Shown here one piece after another: positions 18,101 to 26,892 of a stretch of DNA of 64,000 nt. The notes under the pieces are model-generated. The model ran no database searches. It had not been told where the DNA came from and saw only the letters and a program-made list of their open reading frames with translations. The stretch comes from an uncultured bacterium (GTDB lineage Bacteria; Electryoneota; AABM5-125-24; Hatepunaeales; Hatepunaeaceae). Both the position numbers and the translations under genes were made by a program. Position 1 is the stretch's first letter, and the number at the start of each line of letters is the position of its first letter. The stretch lies in contig CAZVKN010000001.1 of assembly GCA_964627035.1 (NCBI GenBank), forward strand, positions 131,707-195,706, written 5' to 3'.

Positions 18101-20682
18101 GGTGCGTCCATACCACCGATATTCTGGATCTCGACATCAAGCTCGTACTCGTCTTCATCTGTAGGAACTGTTTCGCCACCGATGATTCTACGAACCACAA
18201 AATTGGGTGCGACCGGGTCAAGTCTGATCGCAGATTGCCAACTGTCATCGCGGCTGGTAAATTCAATTTCAATTATCGGTCGGGTTATCGGTCTGCTTTC
18301 ACCGTCCGGGCAAGCGGGAGAAATTGTCAACGTGGCAGGCTCATCACCTTCACCACTCTGACCGTGATCAATGTCACCGAATGAGATCACATCTTCGGAA
18401 ACTTCAACCCACTCGGACAAACTCCTTACGGTAGCGGTAACATCCAAAGCCTCATCACGGTTTCCGATATTTGCGGCAGTCAGATCAAGGTAAATGATCT
18501 CTCCCGGATTGATATCCCCATCTTCATTGCCTTCAGATTCGGTCAGTTCATAGTCTGACAGCTCGATGGACATCCGCGGAACATCAATTTCCGCTTCACC
18601 GAAGAATGGCAAAATCTCTCTGCCGGTTATTGTCACAAGCAGTTCTGTTCCGTCTTCAAACTCCGTACCCTCTGGAAAGACAAAGTATGCCATGCCGTTT
18701 GTATCGCTCTTTGTCGTCCACATCTGCATATCATCGTAGTCCGGATAGTCATCATCATCAAAATCCGGCATGTCACCCGGCGCATACAGCGTCACCTGCG
18801 CACCGGCTACATCGGTCTCATCTTCAGGATCGAACACATAAACTTCAATCATTCGAGTATCAGGCGTAATCAATTCCGGATAGTCCGCTTCAACGATTTG
18901 AGGGACACCTTTCCATGCCTGAATACCGGGATCACCGTAACAGTCAAAGTCAGTTTTGCTTTCACTATAAATCGGAATATTTCTGACTCGATAGTTTGGA
19001 AGAAAACGTTCAAGATTTATCCCAGCCGTAACACGTCCCCAACCGAGGGTCAGGTCACGTTGAACCACACCGTTAACCAACTCAAGCCATAGTGCACTCA
19101 TCACATTTGTAGGAGGACCACCCCATCCACAAGTAGAGGCTACCGGACCTTTCAGGTTGTTTCCACTTGCTCCGCCTCCTCTAAGCTGGTTCCAGGTTGA
19201 CCATTCCCCATGGCCATTGGTTACCAATCTAATCGGAAAAACGTCTGCATTATTATCCACATTATGAAAACGATCCCGCCAGTAATAGTTTTCGGCTCGA
19301 CCTAAAAGCAAATTTGTCCCGTCATTGTACTGTTCAGCTACAAATGGACCGACTCGTCCTCCATTTTGATCATGGTCATATAGTTCATAGAATCGAATAT
19401 CATCAAAGCCTTGTGCCTGCAATACTTCTTCAGCCCAGCGGACATTAGTATGAATGGTGATATGCCACGCTGATGTCGGAGTATTTCCCCAATGCTGTGA
19501 GTAAACTGCACCGCGGGTGAACCAGTCAGTATCCTCCATATAGGGATATGCTTCATAACCAAGAGTTCTTCCGCTGAATAGCTCAAGCTTATTCCTATCT
19601 CCTGCACACCAACGGGATATTCCTACATCCGGGTGTATGTCGCCATTACCCCCCTCGAGAAGCCCATATTTATAATCAGCATGAGGAGGATTTCCCCACA
19701 CACTTTCGCCAACCTCCGCTCCAATCTGCCATTGGGCAGATCCTGCTTCACCTCTATAACTTGCCCTGTCACCAATCAGCATGACTTCATCAAACGGATC
19801 TATACCGTCATCCATGTAAGCAGTATATCTGGTTTGAATTTGTCCTTTTATCCATCCGGTGCTAGTCGCTCTGTTACTTGGAACAGACAATATATCAACT
19901 TTCCAACCTGATTTTCTCCGCCACTCTATGAAATCTCCGGAATACTCCAGACAGTTTTCGTGCGCAACTACGAGATAGTGACCTACATATTCAGGCGCAA
20001 CATCCGGATCGTCTCTACCGACATCGTTACCGTTAATAGCAATCTCGCGAATTGCTTTCAGGAACTGCTCACTGCGATTGCGCCGTATGGGTACATAAGC
20101 CGGATTAATCGGATCGTCATCGGTGAACTGGAGATCAGCGACAATATGATCGCGAATCAGGTAGCTGTTGCTGTCAAAATCGTATTGAATCGGGAATGTA
20201 GTGACCTTGACCATGCGAACACCTCGCATGACAACAGGTTCACTCATCTCAGCAATATTCCGAGGATAAAGTCCTCGATTCTGGCCTATTTGCTGATCGG
20301 GTTCCGGAGTCATATACTCTTCGAGGCAGAGCATTGGTGAATGGTCTGTTTGAACAGTTCGGGGATCGTCTGCATCTATGGATAGTTCAATCCCTGCATC
20401 GTGTGGAACAACAATAAACCTGCTGATGGCAGGCAGAATCGGTTTGCCGTATTCATAAGTTGTCCCTTCGCCGGGGATGAATTGATAATCGTAGGTTCGA
20501 CCTTCATTTACAACTTCACGAAGATCTACATTTGACAGGGTAAATTCCAGACCCAATGAATATGCGTCTGAAGATGTGATGGTAACTTGGTTGTCATCCG
20601 TTGCATCCAGACCGTAAGGGGTAGCCCAGCAGGTAATGGACGTGAGTAAAATCAGCATTGAATAACGAAGTATCGAAATCAT
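15184..20682 (-). CDS. secreted 1832-aa gingipain-like (C25) multidomain T9SS cargo protein, tandem paralogue
   Basis: It is collinear with 9557..15073 over its full length. Motifs include HYLVVAHEN, MLIGD, PHADYKYGLLEG, TNGHGEW and STCGWGG. The CTD reads YPSPFNGLTTISY...SGVYMLRLES...KVALIK. Confidence 0.9.
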   Translation of the reverse strand: MISILRYSMLILLTSITCWATPYGLDATDDNQVTITSSDAYSLGLEFTLSNVDLREVVNEGRTYDYQFIPGEGTTYEYGKPILPAISRFIVVPHDAGIELSIDADDPRTVQTDHSPMLCLEEYMTPEPDQQIGQNRGLYPRNIAEMSEPVVMRGVRMVKVTTFPIQYDFDSNSYLIRDHIVADLQFTDDDPINPAYVPIRRNRSEQFLKAIREIAINGNDVGRDDPDVAPEYVGHYLVVAHENCLEYSGDFIEWRRKSGWKVDILSVPSNRATSTGWIKGQIQTRYTAYMDDGIDPFDEVMLIGDRASYRGEAGSAQWQIGAEVGESVWGNPPHADYKYGLLEGGNGDIHPDVGISRWCAGDRNKLELFSGRTLGYEAYPYMEDTDWFTRGAVYSQHWGNTPTSAWHITIHTNVRWAEEVLQAQGFDDIRFYELYDHDQNGGRVGPFVAEQYNDGTNLLLGRAENYYWRDRFHNVDNNADVFPIRLVTNGHGEWSTWNQLRGGGASGNNLKGPVASTCGWGGPPTNVMSALWLELVNGVVQRDLTLGWGRVTAGINLERFLPNYRVRNIPIYSESKTDFDCYGDPGIQAWKGVPQIVEADYPELITPDTRMIEVYVFDPEDETDVAGAQVTLYAPGDMPDFDDDDYPDYDDMQMWTTKSDTNGMAYFVFPEGTEFEDGTELLVTITGREILPFFGEAEIDVPRMSIELSDYELTESEGNEDGDINPGEIIYLDLTAANIGNRDEALDVTATVRSLSEWVEVSEDVISFGDIDHGQSGEGDEPATLTISPACPDGESRPITRPIIEIEFTSRDDSWQSAIRLDPVAPNFVVRRIIGGETVPTDEDEYELDVEIQNIGGMDAPAFNAELVVGGIGITPIREFGSYPEIDAGRHSRIEGNPFLVTGNRIVVPGSTTDLLLVLSNDDGFVDTVFFEMEVGSTGRNKPGGPDGYGYICFDDTDDNWDMAPDYDWVEISRDERERDFNGVSCDFEGDSPEDVGEALVVDLGFDTQFYGQVYDQITISTNGYICMGDQERITNFQNWPMDRAMAGGAGMIAPLWDRLKFVDDSDVYYYYDEDDNRFIIEWYKLRHFTGGNRDLTFQVIIYDTDVWVTETGDQNILIQYKSVENVRGQNQQDYYIPYASVGISSPDGTTGYNYSFDNEYPVTSAPLANRRAILFATSPKYRSGILYGWIHDARSGDPIEDAIIVTEHGLAARTDDEGYYRISNALAEIAFNITARKLGFNDSTLTDRMIEEDDSLEVSFDLLHPEFGPSQRDFNAMLDPNFETEINFSLENAGNGPMDWTLRKRLPGNADVDPWEHRESFFVGDTVDNSRIKGVVWADEKFYCTGGGTSNRNDNFIYVLDPEGVMLDSFPQFGESRYGMGDLAWDGGLLWGGEDGTIFSFNTDGEMVSNFRGPFNPNQALAWDSDRQILWISAKTSQHIAGYDREGREITILPRFRFTIYGLSYWPDDPDGYPLYVHHNYHVAGVPDRTFIHKINPETEDTLFVAELNHQLGGKPEGAFITNQYDVYSWVFLAISNSSNHGDRIDLWQMDARRDWFRMYRSDDDPDARQEVFSGRLEADEADEFTLFLNSYDLPRVAFEGQLLFTHNAEGGADTLHVLLDVIGDQGPSPFELIYPAQDDELDANVLDETVFRWEESVDPNWGDIIRYQVWLQSDEDSLQVGVSDSSSMSVDLLALSNLWPDDPLRSLTWWVVADSDPEQTYSSSRNSFRFTPNSTSKDRLNTPVEFALESIYPSPFNGLTTISYGMDKMDRVSLRAFDISGREVATLVNRTVRAGSHRVTWNASDLPSGVYMLRLESAGRVKMSKVALIK

Positions 20683-20748
20683 GGCTTCCTCAGTTGTGTG
20701 CTTTTCAAAGTTATGTACGAAGATACAATTCTACTGTAGTAACATAGT

Positions 20749-20776
20749 ATTATACAAAATATTATTGTGAAATCAA
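20749..20776 (-). promoter_or_regulatory. sigma70-type promoter for the giant C25-like gene(s)
   Basis: The minus strand reads TTGATT-16 nt-TATAAT (plus-strand aatcaa 20771-20776 and attata 20749-20754). It lies about 65 nt upstream of the ATG at 20682. Confidence 0.55.
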
Positions 20777-20879
20777 AGACGCTGTGATCCGGCTAACAAA
20801 TTTTGTGTCGTTTTTTTGTTTTCTTCTAATAATACGACTTTTTTTATTCTTTCGTGGGACGTAAGATAAGATAAAAGGC

Positions 20880-20908
20880 TTGACTTCACCTTTCAACCTC
20901 TGTTTATT
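20880..20908 (+). promoter_or_regulatory. candidate promoter of the CaCA antiporter gene
   Basis: TTGACT-17 nt-TTTATT, about 35 nt upstream of the GTG start at 20944. Confidence 0.4.
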
Positions 20909-20943
20909 GCACTGTCTGTTTCAAAATTTCAAACGGAATATCG

Positions 20944-21933
20944 GTGACTGAATTCATAAATCAAATCGGTGTTGTCGGGAACTCACTTGTAATCATCGTC
21001 AGCATCACATGTCTCTACTATGGTGCTGATTGGTTGGTGAACGGAGGAAGTGCGGTTAGCTCAAGATTTGGAGTACCTCCATTTGTCGTCGGATTGACCG
21101 TTGTCGCATTCGGAACTTCGCTGCCGGAATTTGTGGTCAGCTTCGTCGCCAACATTTTCGGGGATTCACCGACCATCGCCATCGGTAATATCATCGGTAG
21201 CAACATCACAAATGTCGGACTGATCTTAGGTCTAAGCGCGCTGATTCTGCCCATCGCAATCCCGTTCTCCAACATTCTAAAACAATTGATCTTCTTGTTC
21301 CTGATGGGATCTTTGCTTTTTGCATTTTCACTCGATGGATTGGTTAATCGCTTTGAAGGTGCGGTACTTATAATTTTGCTGATCGGCTATGTGATTTACT
21401 TATATCGTCATCCTGAGCAAGCTGAAACCGAAGACACCGCAGAAAAGACAGATATCAATCTCATCGGCAGTATAACACTTATCATCATAGGAATTGTTAT
21501 CTTGTCCGGTGGTGCGTGGCTTTTCGTAGAAAGCGGAAAGTGGTTTGCAGTGAAGCTCGGTGTGTCTGAGTTAGTGATTGGGCTGACAATAATGGCTGTA
21601 GGGACATCCCTGCCTGAATTGGCAACTTCGGTTGTAGCAGCTATGAAAAGACGCGGGGACATCTCCATCGGCAACATAGTCGGCAGTAACATTTTTAACA
21701 TTCTGTTTATCATGGGCGGGGTCAGCTTGTTCAAACCGCTCAGCGTACTTGAAACCAAAATAGTTGACGGAACACAGGTCACATACTTTCCATACTACCA
21801 ATATCTTTCTATGGTACTGTTTGGATTGGTACTGATACCGATGACGATCAAGTCAAAACTTGATAGAATTTCAGGGGCAATCCTTATCATGGGCTACTTA
21901 GCTTTTTACACCTACCTCTTTCTTGAACATTGA
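20944..21933 (+). CDS. calcium/sodium:cation antiporter (CaCA/YrbG family)
   Basis: 329 aa and polytopic, with two alpha-repeats (GNIIGSNITNVGLILG and GNIVGSNIFNILFIMG) and GTSLPE twice. The start is GTG. Confidence 0.88.
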   Translation: MTEFINQIGVVGNSLVIIVSITCLYYGADWLVNGGSAVSSRFGVPPFVVGLTVVAFGTSLPEFVVSFVANIFGDSPTIAIGNIIGSNITNVGLILGLSALILPIAIPFSNILKQLIFLFLMGSLLFAFSLDGLVNRFEGAVLIILLIGYVIYLYRHPEQAETEDTAEKTDINLIGSITLIIIGIVILSGGAWLFVESGKWFAVKLGVSELVIGLTIMAVGTSLPELATSVVAAMKRRGDISIGNIVGSNIFNILFIMGGVSLFKPLSVLETKIVDGTQVTYFPYYQYLSMVLFGLVLIPMTIKSKLDRISGAILIMGYLAFYTYLFLEH

Positions 21934-21993
21934 CCGGATTAAGCCAGCGGCTTGCACTTTTATGCACAATATCTACTAATCCTTCCACTCTAC

Positions 21994-22023
21994 TTGCTTT
22001 TCCCATATTTCCGTACATATATT
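21994..22023 (+). promoter_or_regulatory. candidate promoter of the PEPCK-like/ptsI unit
   Basis: TTGCTT-18 nt-TATATT, followed by a leader of about 100 nt that contains an 11-bp hairpin at 22040-22070. Confidence 0.4.
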
Positions 22024-22128
22024 CAAAAGTAATTGTAAATCTGCTGTCGGGTTGCCAATCCGGCAGCAGATCTCTTTAGATATAACGATTGCTGAAAGGC
22101 AATCATTAAGATATTTCGGAGTAGCCCA

Positions 22129-23985
22129 ATGAGCGACATCTTTGATGAAGCTGCATATAGTAATTTTGCTGAAAATCTTCCACATGCACTATCCGGGCAG
22201 AATATTCGTAAGGTTACGATGAAACAACTGCGTAAACCGGCGATTCAGCATGGTCGTAAAGCTAAAACACGAGCATGGGGATGGCGGTCTATGGTATCGA
22301 GCAGGATCGGACCGAAAACTGTCTATCTCGGCTCGCCATCAGTCAGGCTTCCGAATCCGACTGCGCTGCACCAGAACATCATCAGGAAGGCACCGGAACA
22401 ATTGCACAAGACGCTCCAACTTCTGCGCGATCTTCCTATGATCCATCTGCGCCGTCAGATGTGCCGCAACAGTGAGTACAATCCGATCTGCAACCTGTAC
22501 ATGTCGGTCAACGATCCCAAGAGTCACCGCATTGCCTACATGTGGGCAAACACAATGAGCGATGTTGATCCGAACCGTCCAGGTCCGGAGTTTACCATGA
22601 TACATATTCCGGAAGAGCATAACATGAACCAGCAGGTTCTGACTATACCGGAACATAACATTAACCTGTGCTACGGCTCCGATTATATGGGCGAAGACAA
22701 AAAGGGATTCCTCAGACAGGCTATGTGGCGCGCTGATGAACTGGGAATGCTCGGACTGCATGCCGGAACCAAGCTTGTGACAGTGCGTGATCCTCACAGT
22801 GGAAGCTTGAAAAAATACGGTGTCTATCTCTTCGGACTGTCTGCGACTGGAAAAACTACCTGGTCTTGCCACCGTCTCGGATTAAATGAGGCAAACGGTG
22901 AGGGAACAGAGGTAATTCAGGATGACATCGTATTCCTTAAAAATGACGGTTCATCCTACGGTGCGGAAGCAAACTTCTTTGTTAAGACCGATGTTGATGC
23001 AGAATTGCAAGAGGCAATGTACAATACCCTAGTTCACAAATCTGCACTGTATGAAAATGTGATGATTGATGCTAACGGCAATCCGATGTTTCTCGATGAA
23101 AGGCTCTGCGGTAACGGCAGAGCTGTTGTGCAAAAGAATAAATTTACCGTTCGTCGAGGCAAGAAGATGGTATCAATTGCCTATCCCAGTTTCGACCTCC
23201 CACCACTTGATGAGCTGGACGGTATCGTTTTCGCTTTCATAACAAGACGGAACACGATCATGTCGTTTTCGCAGGAGTTAACACCGGAACAGGGAGTTTT
23301 GGCATATCTGTGGGGTGAATCCACTCACAGTAAAGCCTCTGAACCTGAGAAAGCCGGTGATTCTGTTCGCACCGTAGGAACGGATCCGTTTATTGTCGGT
23401 TCCCGTGCAAATAAGGTTAACCGTTTCCGCGACATCGTTATGGATCTTGTCAATCGCTACCCGGGTAAAGTCCGCTTTTTCCAGTACAACACCGGTGGTA
23501 TGGGTGAGATTATTAAGGCTGATCGCTCTAATGGCAAAGTCAAGAAAACAATGATCCGCAAAGTTGAGCGAGTTCCGATTCCTTTAATGGCAGCGGTTCA
23601 ACGTGGTGATCTTCAGGGTACGAATAAATACGCTCCCGGAAGACTCGGTACAAATGAAGTGGTTGACGTTGCAGGATTTGATATGCGCAAGTACAACGCA
23701 AAATCTTTCTACGATGAAGAGCAGATTGAGCAATATATTCATGATCTGGTCAAAGGTCGCAGGAGATTCACACAGGAAATTGAGGCGGAAGGATTGGATA
23801 GAGAGATCAGTAAATGGGCTGAGGAATCATTCAGGATCGCAAGATCTTCCACTACCGGGATACCTGAGACCGAAATTAAATCAAAGAAAATCAGCTCAAT
23901 CTTCCGTCCACTGAAGTCATTGGAACATGACGGTGGATCGAGTCTCGGACGTTTACCACGTTCATTTGGTTGGAACATAAAATGA
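22129..23985 (+). CDS. pckA: phosphoenolpyruvate carboxykinase (ATP) family protein, divergent
   Basis: 618 aa. Matches to E. coli-type motifs are YMGEDKKG (YAGEMKKG), LHAGT (MHCSAN His), FGLSATGKTT (kinase-1a GLSGTGKTT), IQDDIV (IGDDEHG) and GNGRAVV (ENTRVSYP). GGAG lies 8 nt upstream of the ATG. Confidence 0.7.
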   Translation: MSDIFDEAAYSNFAENLPHALSGQNIRKVTMKQLRKPAIQHGRKAKTRAWGWRSMVSSRIGPKTVYLGSPSVRLPNPTALHQNIIRKAPEQLHKTLQLLRDLPMIHLRRQMCRNSEYNPICNLYMSVNDPKSHRIAYMWANTMSDVDPNRPGPEFTMIHIPEEHNMNQQVLTIPEHNINLCYGSDYMGEDKKGFLRQAMWRADELGMLGLHAGTKLVTVRDPHSGSLKKYGVYLFGLSATGKTTWSCHRLGLNEANGEGTEVIQDDIVFLKNDGSSYGAEANFFVKTDVDAELQEAMYNTLVHKSALYENVMIDANGNPMFLDERLCGNGRAVVQKNKFTVRRGKKMVSIAYPSFDLPPLDELDGIVFAFITRRNTIMSFSQELTPEQGVLAYLWGESTHSKASEPEKAGDSVRTVGTDPFIVGSRANKVNRFRDIVMDLVNRYPGKVRFFQYNTGGMGEIIKADRSNGKVKKTMIRKVERVPIPLMAAVQRGDLQGTNKYAPGRLGTNEVVDVAGFDMRKYNAKSFYDEEQIEQYIHDLVKGRRRFTQEIEAEGLDREISKWAEESFRIARSSTTGIPETEIKSKKISSIFRPLKSLEHDGGSSLGRLPRSFGWNIK

Positions 23986-24009
23986 TCTCGTTACTGACAG
24001 TCAATTAGC

Positions 24010-25782
24010 ATGGTTCCGGAAAGAATACTGACAGGTATTCCAGCTTCTCCCGGAATTGCCATCGGTGAGCTGTTCGTTTACCGCCACGATGACCCGGAGA
24101 TCCCGAGATTCGCTTTAGATCCGTCTCGGATAGACAGAGAAGTCGATAGATTCGACCACACCGTTGAAATAAGCCGTATGCAGCTCCTCAATATGTACCA
24201 CCGTTTGATTAAGCAGATCGGCGAGGGTGCAGCTTCCATTTTCAAGGCTCAAGCAACTCTCCTCGATGATGTCCAATTCACGGGTGAAATCCGCGATGCC
24301 GTTCGACGGGACATGACAAATGCTGAAGCCGTTGTAAATGACACATCTCAAAGGTGGCAGAAGGCGATTAGTTCACTTGACGGAGAACTGTTCCGTCAAA
24401 AGTCACACGACATTCATGATGTCAGTCTTCGATTGATAAAAAACCTCCTTGGAGCCGCAGACCACTCGATAGGTCCTCTCGACCGTCCCGCCATTCTTGT
24501 TTCTGATGATCTGATGCCTTCAGATGTAGCGCATCTTGTCCATAAGAATGTGCTGGCTGTAGCAACTGACCTCGGGAGTGAAACTTCACACACGGTCATT
24601 CTTACTCGTTCATTGGAAGTGCCGGCAGTAGTTGGACTTCTGGAACTTAGCATACAAGTCAAAAACGGTGACCGGATCATCATTGACGGTAATAACGGAA
24701 AAGTGATCGTCAATCCGAGTGAGAACACCATCCGCATTTACGTCGCCAAGCAGATGCAGTATCAACATTACACTGCAGGTTTTGCCGATATTCACAAGCT
24801 TCCGGCTGTCACAAAAGATAATCGCCGAATTGCACTCAGGGCTAATATTGAGTTACCACACGAGGTTGATTCAGTACTGAACTCAGGTGCAGAAGGTGTC
24901 GGGCTGTACAGATCCGAATACCTTTTCCTGTTGCACGGTCGTATTCCGGATGAACAGGAGCAGTACGATAACTATCGTCAGGCAATTGAAGCCGCAGCTC
25001 CAAATCCGGTTACCATCCGCACGTTTGATCTTGGTGGTGATAAAGTATTCGGTGAATTCCCTCTTCCTGCAGAGTCCAATCCATTCCTCGGCTGGCGGGC
25101 TATTCGCGTTTGTCTCGATCAACCGGAACTGCTGCGAACTCAACTGCGTGCTATTGTCCGGGCATCACGAGCCGGTCCGACTAAGATTATGTTCCCATTT
25201 ATATCAGGTGTCGGTGAAATCCGTCAAGTCAAGGTTCACCTTGCAGAAGTTAAGAAGGAACTGGCAGCCGAAAAGGTAAAATTTGGAGAAATTACAGTCG
25301 GTGTTATGATTGAACTCCCGTCAGCGGTTCTTGTGGCTGACAGTCTGGCTGCAGAGGTTGACTTTTTCAGCATCGGTACCAATGATCTGACGCAGTTTAC
25401 ACTCGCAGTTGATCGGAACAACCAACAGGTCAAGGATCGTTATCAACCGCTTCATCCGGCTCTGATTCGATTGATTAAGATGACTGTTGATGCTGGACAC
25501 AAAGCCGGTATTGAAGTCGGTGTATGCGGGGAGATTGCAGCAAACCCGTTGGCAACGCTACTGCTGGTCGGGCTACATCTTGATGAGCTATCAGTCAGCC
25601 CGGTTGCACTTCCTCAGATCAAACAGATAATCCGCTCTATTTCATACAGCGAGGCTGTTAATTTTGCTGAAAAAGCCCTCACAATTGACACTGCTGAGGA
25701 GCTGTTGGTATTCTGTGAAAAGGAAGCCAAAGCTCGATTTGCCGAGCTACCCATCTGGAACAACGGTAACGGCACGGTTTGA
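24010..25782 (+). CDS. ptsI: phosphoenolpyruvate-protein phosphotransferase (PTS Enzyme I)
   Basis: 590 aa with GIPASPGIAIG at the N-terminus, the active-site His loop GSETSHTVILTRSLEVPAVVG, RTFDLGGDK, FFSIGTNDLTQF and GVCGE. Confidence 0.9.
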   Translation: MVPERILTGIPASPGIAIGELFVYRHDDPEIPRFALDPSRIDREVDRFDHTVEISRMQLLNMYHRLIKQIGEGAASIFKAQATLLDDVQFTGEIRDAVRRDMTNAEAVVNDTSQRWQKAISSLDGELFRQKSHDIHDVSLRLIKNLLGAADHSIGPLDRPAILVSDDLMPSDVAHLVHKNVLAVATDLGSETSHTVILTRSLEVPAVVGLLELSIQVKNGDRIIIDGNNGKVIVNPSENTIRIYVAKQMQYQHYTAGFADIHKLPAVTKDNRRIALRANIELPHEVDSVLNSGAEGVGLYRSEYLFLLHGRIPDEQEQYDNYRQAIEAAAPNPVTIRTFDLGGDKVFGEFPLPAESNPFLGWRAIRVCLDQPELLRTQLRAIVRASRAGPTKIMFPFISGVGEIRQVKVHLAEVKKELAAEKVKFGEITVGVMIELPSAVLVADSLAAEVDFFSIGTNDLTQFTLAVDRNNQQVKDRYQPLHPALIRLIKMTVDAGHKAGIEVGVCGEIAANPLATLLLVGLHLDELSVSPVALPQIKQIIRSISYSEAVNFAEKALTIDTAEELLVFCEKEAKARFAELPIWNNGNGTV

Positions 25783-25855
25783 TTCAGTAGCAGGCAAAGC
25801 CTCCTCAATATACAGTGTGAAACTGTCTGTTTATATGCAGTTCTTGTGAAAACAG

Positions 25856-25884
25856 TTGCATTCTATTTGTGAAACTCGTATTTT
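25856..25884 (+). promoter_or_regulatory. candidate nuo operon promoter
   Basis: TTGCAT-17 nt-TATTTT, about 45 nt upstream of the nuoA start. It is embedded in three TGTGAAA(A)C direct repeats. Confidence 0.5.
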
Positions 25885-25928
25885 ATCGTCAAATAACTTG
25901 TAATTGAGTGGTTTGAGGTTGTAACAGT

Positions 25929-26402
25929 GTGTTACAACTTAACATAACCACTTTTCTTTATTTGGGAATCATAGTGTCTTTCACGCCGATTTTAATCTTC
26001 TTTCTTGCAGGAGCAGGACTCGTCGGACTTGCACTGGTGATGAGCCGACTGGTCGCTCCCCACAACCCATATCCCGAGAAAAACTCAACCTACGAATGCG
26101 GTGAAGAACCGGTCGGATCCCCATGGGTGCGATTCAACACCCGCTTCTATGTCATTGCTCTGATCTTCCTTGTGTTCGATGTTGAAGTGTTGTTTCTGCT
26201 GCCGTGGGCGGTTAACCTGAAAGAATTGGGGCTGTTTGCCTGGGTTGATATGGCAATCTTCATTGCAATATTGATGGCTGGACTAGCGTATGTGTGGGCT
26301 AAGGGCGATCTTGAATGGGTCAGACCGAGAGATTCTTCCGCAGGTTCCGTGCAATCTTTTTACAGCAAAAGTGGTGTCGAATCAACTAAGGAGGTGAAGT
26401 AA
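25929..26402 (+). CDS. nuoA: NADH-quinone oxidoreductase subunit A
   Basis: 157 aa with YECGEEPVG and [12 protein letters not shown] motifs and three TM segments. The start is GTG and the stop overlaps the nuoB ATG (TAATG). Confidence 0.88.
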   Translation: MLQLNITTFLYLGIIVSFTPILIFFLAGAGLVGLALVMSRLVAPHNPYPEKNSTYECGEEPVGSPWVRFNTRFYVIALIFLVFDVEVLFLLPWAVNLKELGLFAWVDMAIFIAILMAGLAYVWAKGDLEWVRPRDSSAGSVQSFYSKSGVESTKEVK

Positions 26403-26887
26403 TGGGTATCATTGAAGGTCGGTATGGACCTAACGTGATCATCACTTCTGTAGATACGATTTTCAACTGGGCTCGGGCACGTTCTATCTGGCCATTGACT
26501 TTTGGGCTCGCCTGTTGTGCAATTGAAATGATGGCGACCAATGCATCGCGGTTTGACCTCGACCGTTTTGGTATATTCCCGCGTCCCACTCCGAGGCAAT
26601 CCGACTGTCTGCTTGTGTCAGGTACATTGACAGCGAAGATGGCGGAACGTGTTGTGCGCCTTTACGAACAGATGGCGGAACCGCGCTATGTAATCTCGAT
26701 GGGATCCTGCTCAAACAGTGGCGGACCATACTGGGAACACGGGTACCACGTGGTCAAGGGTGTAGATCAGGTCATTCCGGTGGATGTCTATATCCCCGGC
26801 TGCCCTCCACGTCCGGAGGCACTGATTGACGGGTTCCTCAAGTTGCGGGAAAAAATTGAAACTGAAACAATAGCGAAGAAGGTATAA
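26402..26887 (+). CDS. nuoB: NADH-quinone oxidoreductase subunit B
   Basis: 161 aa with [20 protein letters not shown] and IPGCPPRPE (N2 cluster ligands). Confidence 0.95.
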   Translation: MGIIEGRYGPNVIITSVDTIFNWARARSIWPLTFGLACCAIEMMATNASRFDLDRFGIFPRPTPRQSDCLLVSGTLTAKMAERVVRLYEQMAEPRYVISMGSCSNSGGPYWEHGYHVVKGVDQVIPVDVYIPGCPPRPEALIDGFLKLREKIETETIAKKV

Positions 26888-26892
26888 GAGTT

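Noticed and set aside
21941-21965. Terminator after the antiporter gene (aagcc-agc-ggctt followed by gcactttta).
   Set aside because: The stem is only 5 bp and the T-tract is interrupted, which is too weak to call. The stronger hairpin at 22040-22070 may serve instead.
22339-22872. 177-aa minus-strand ORF inside the PEPCK-like gene.
   Set aside because: It is antisense to a CDS with family motifs and has no SD or promoter. I treat it as spurious.
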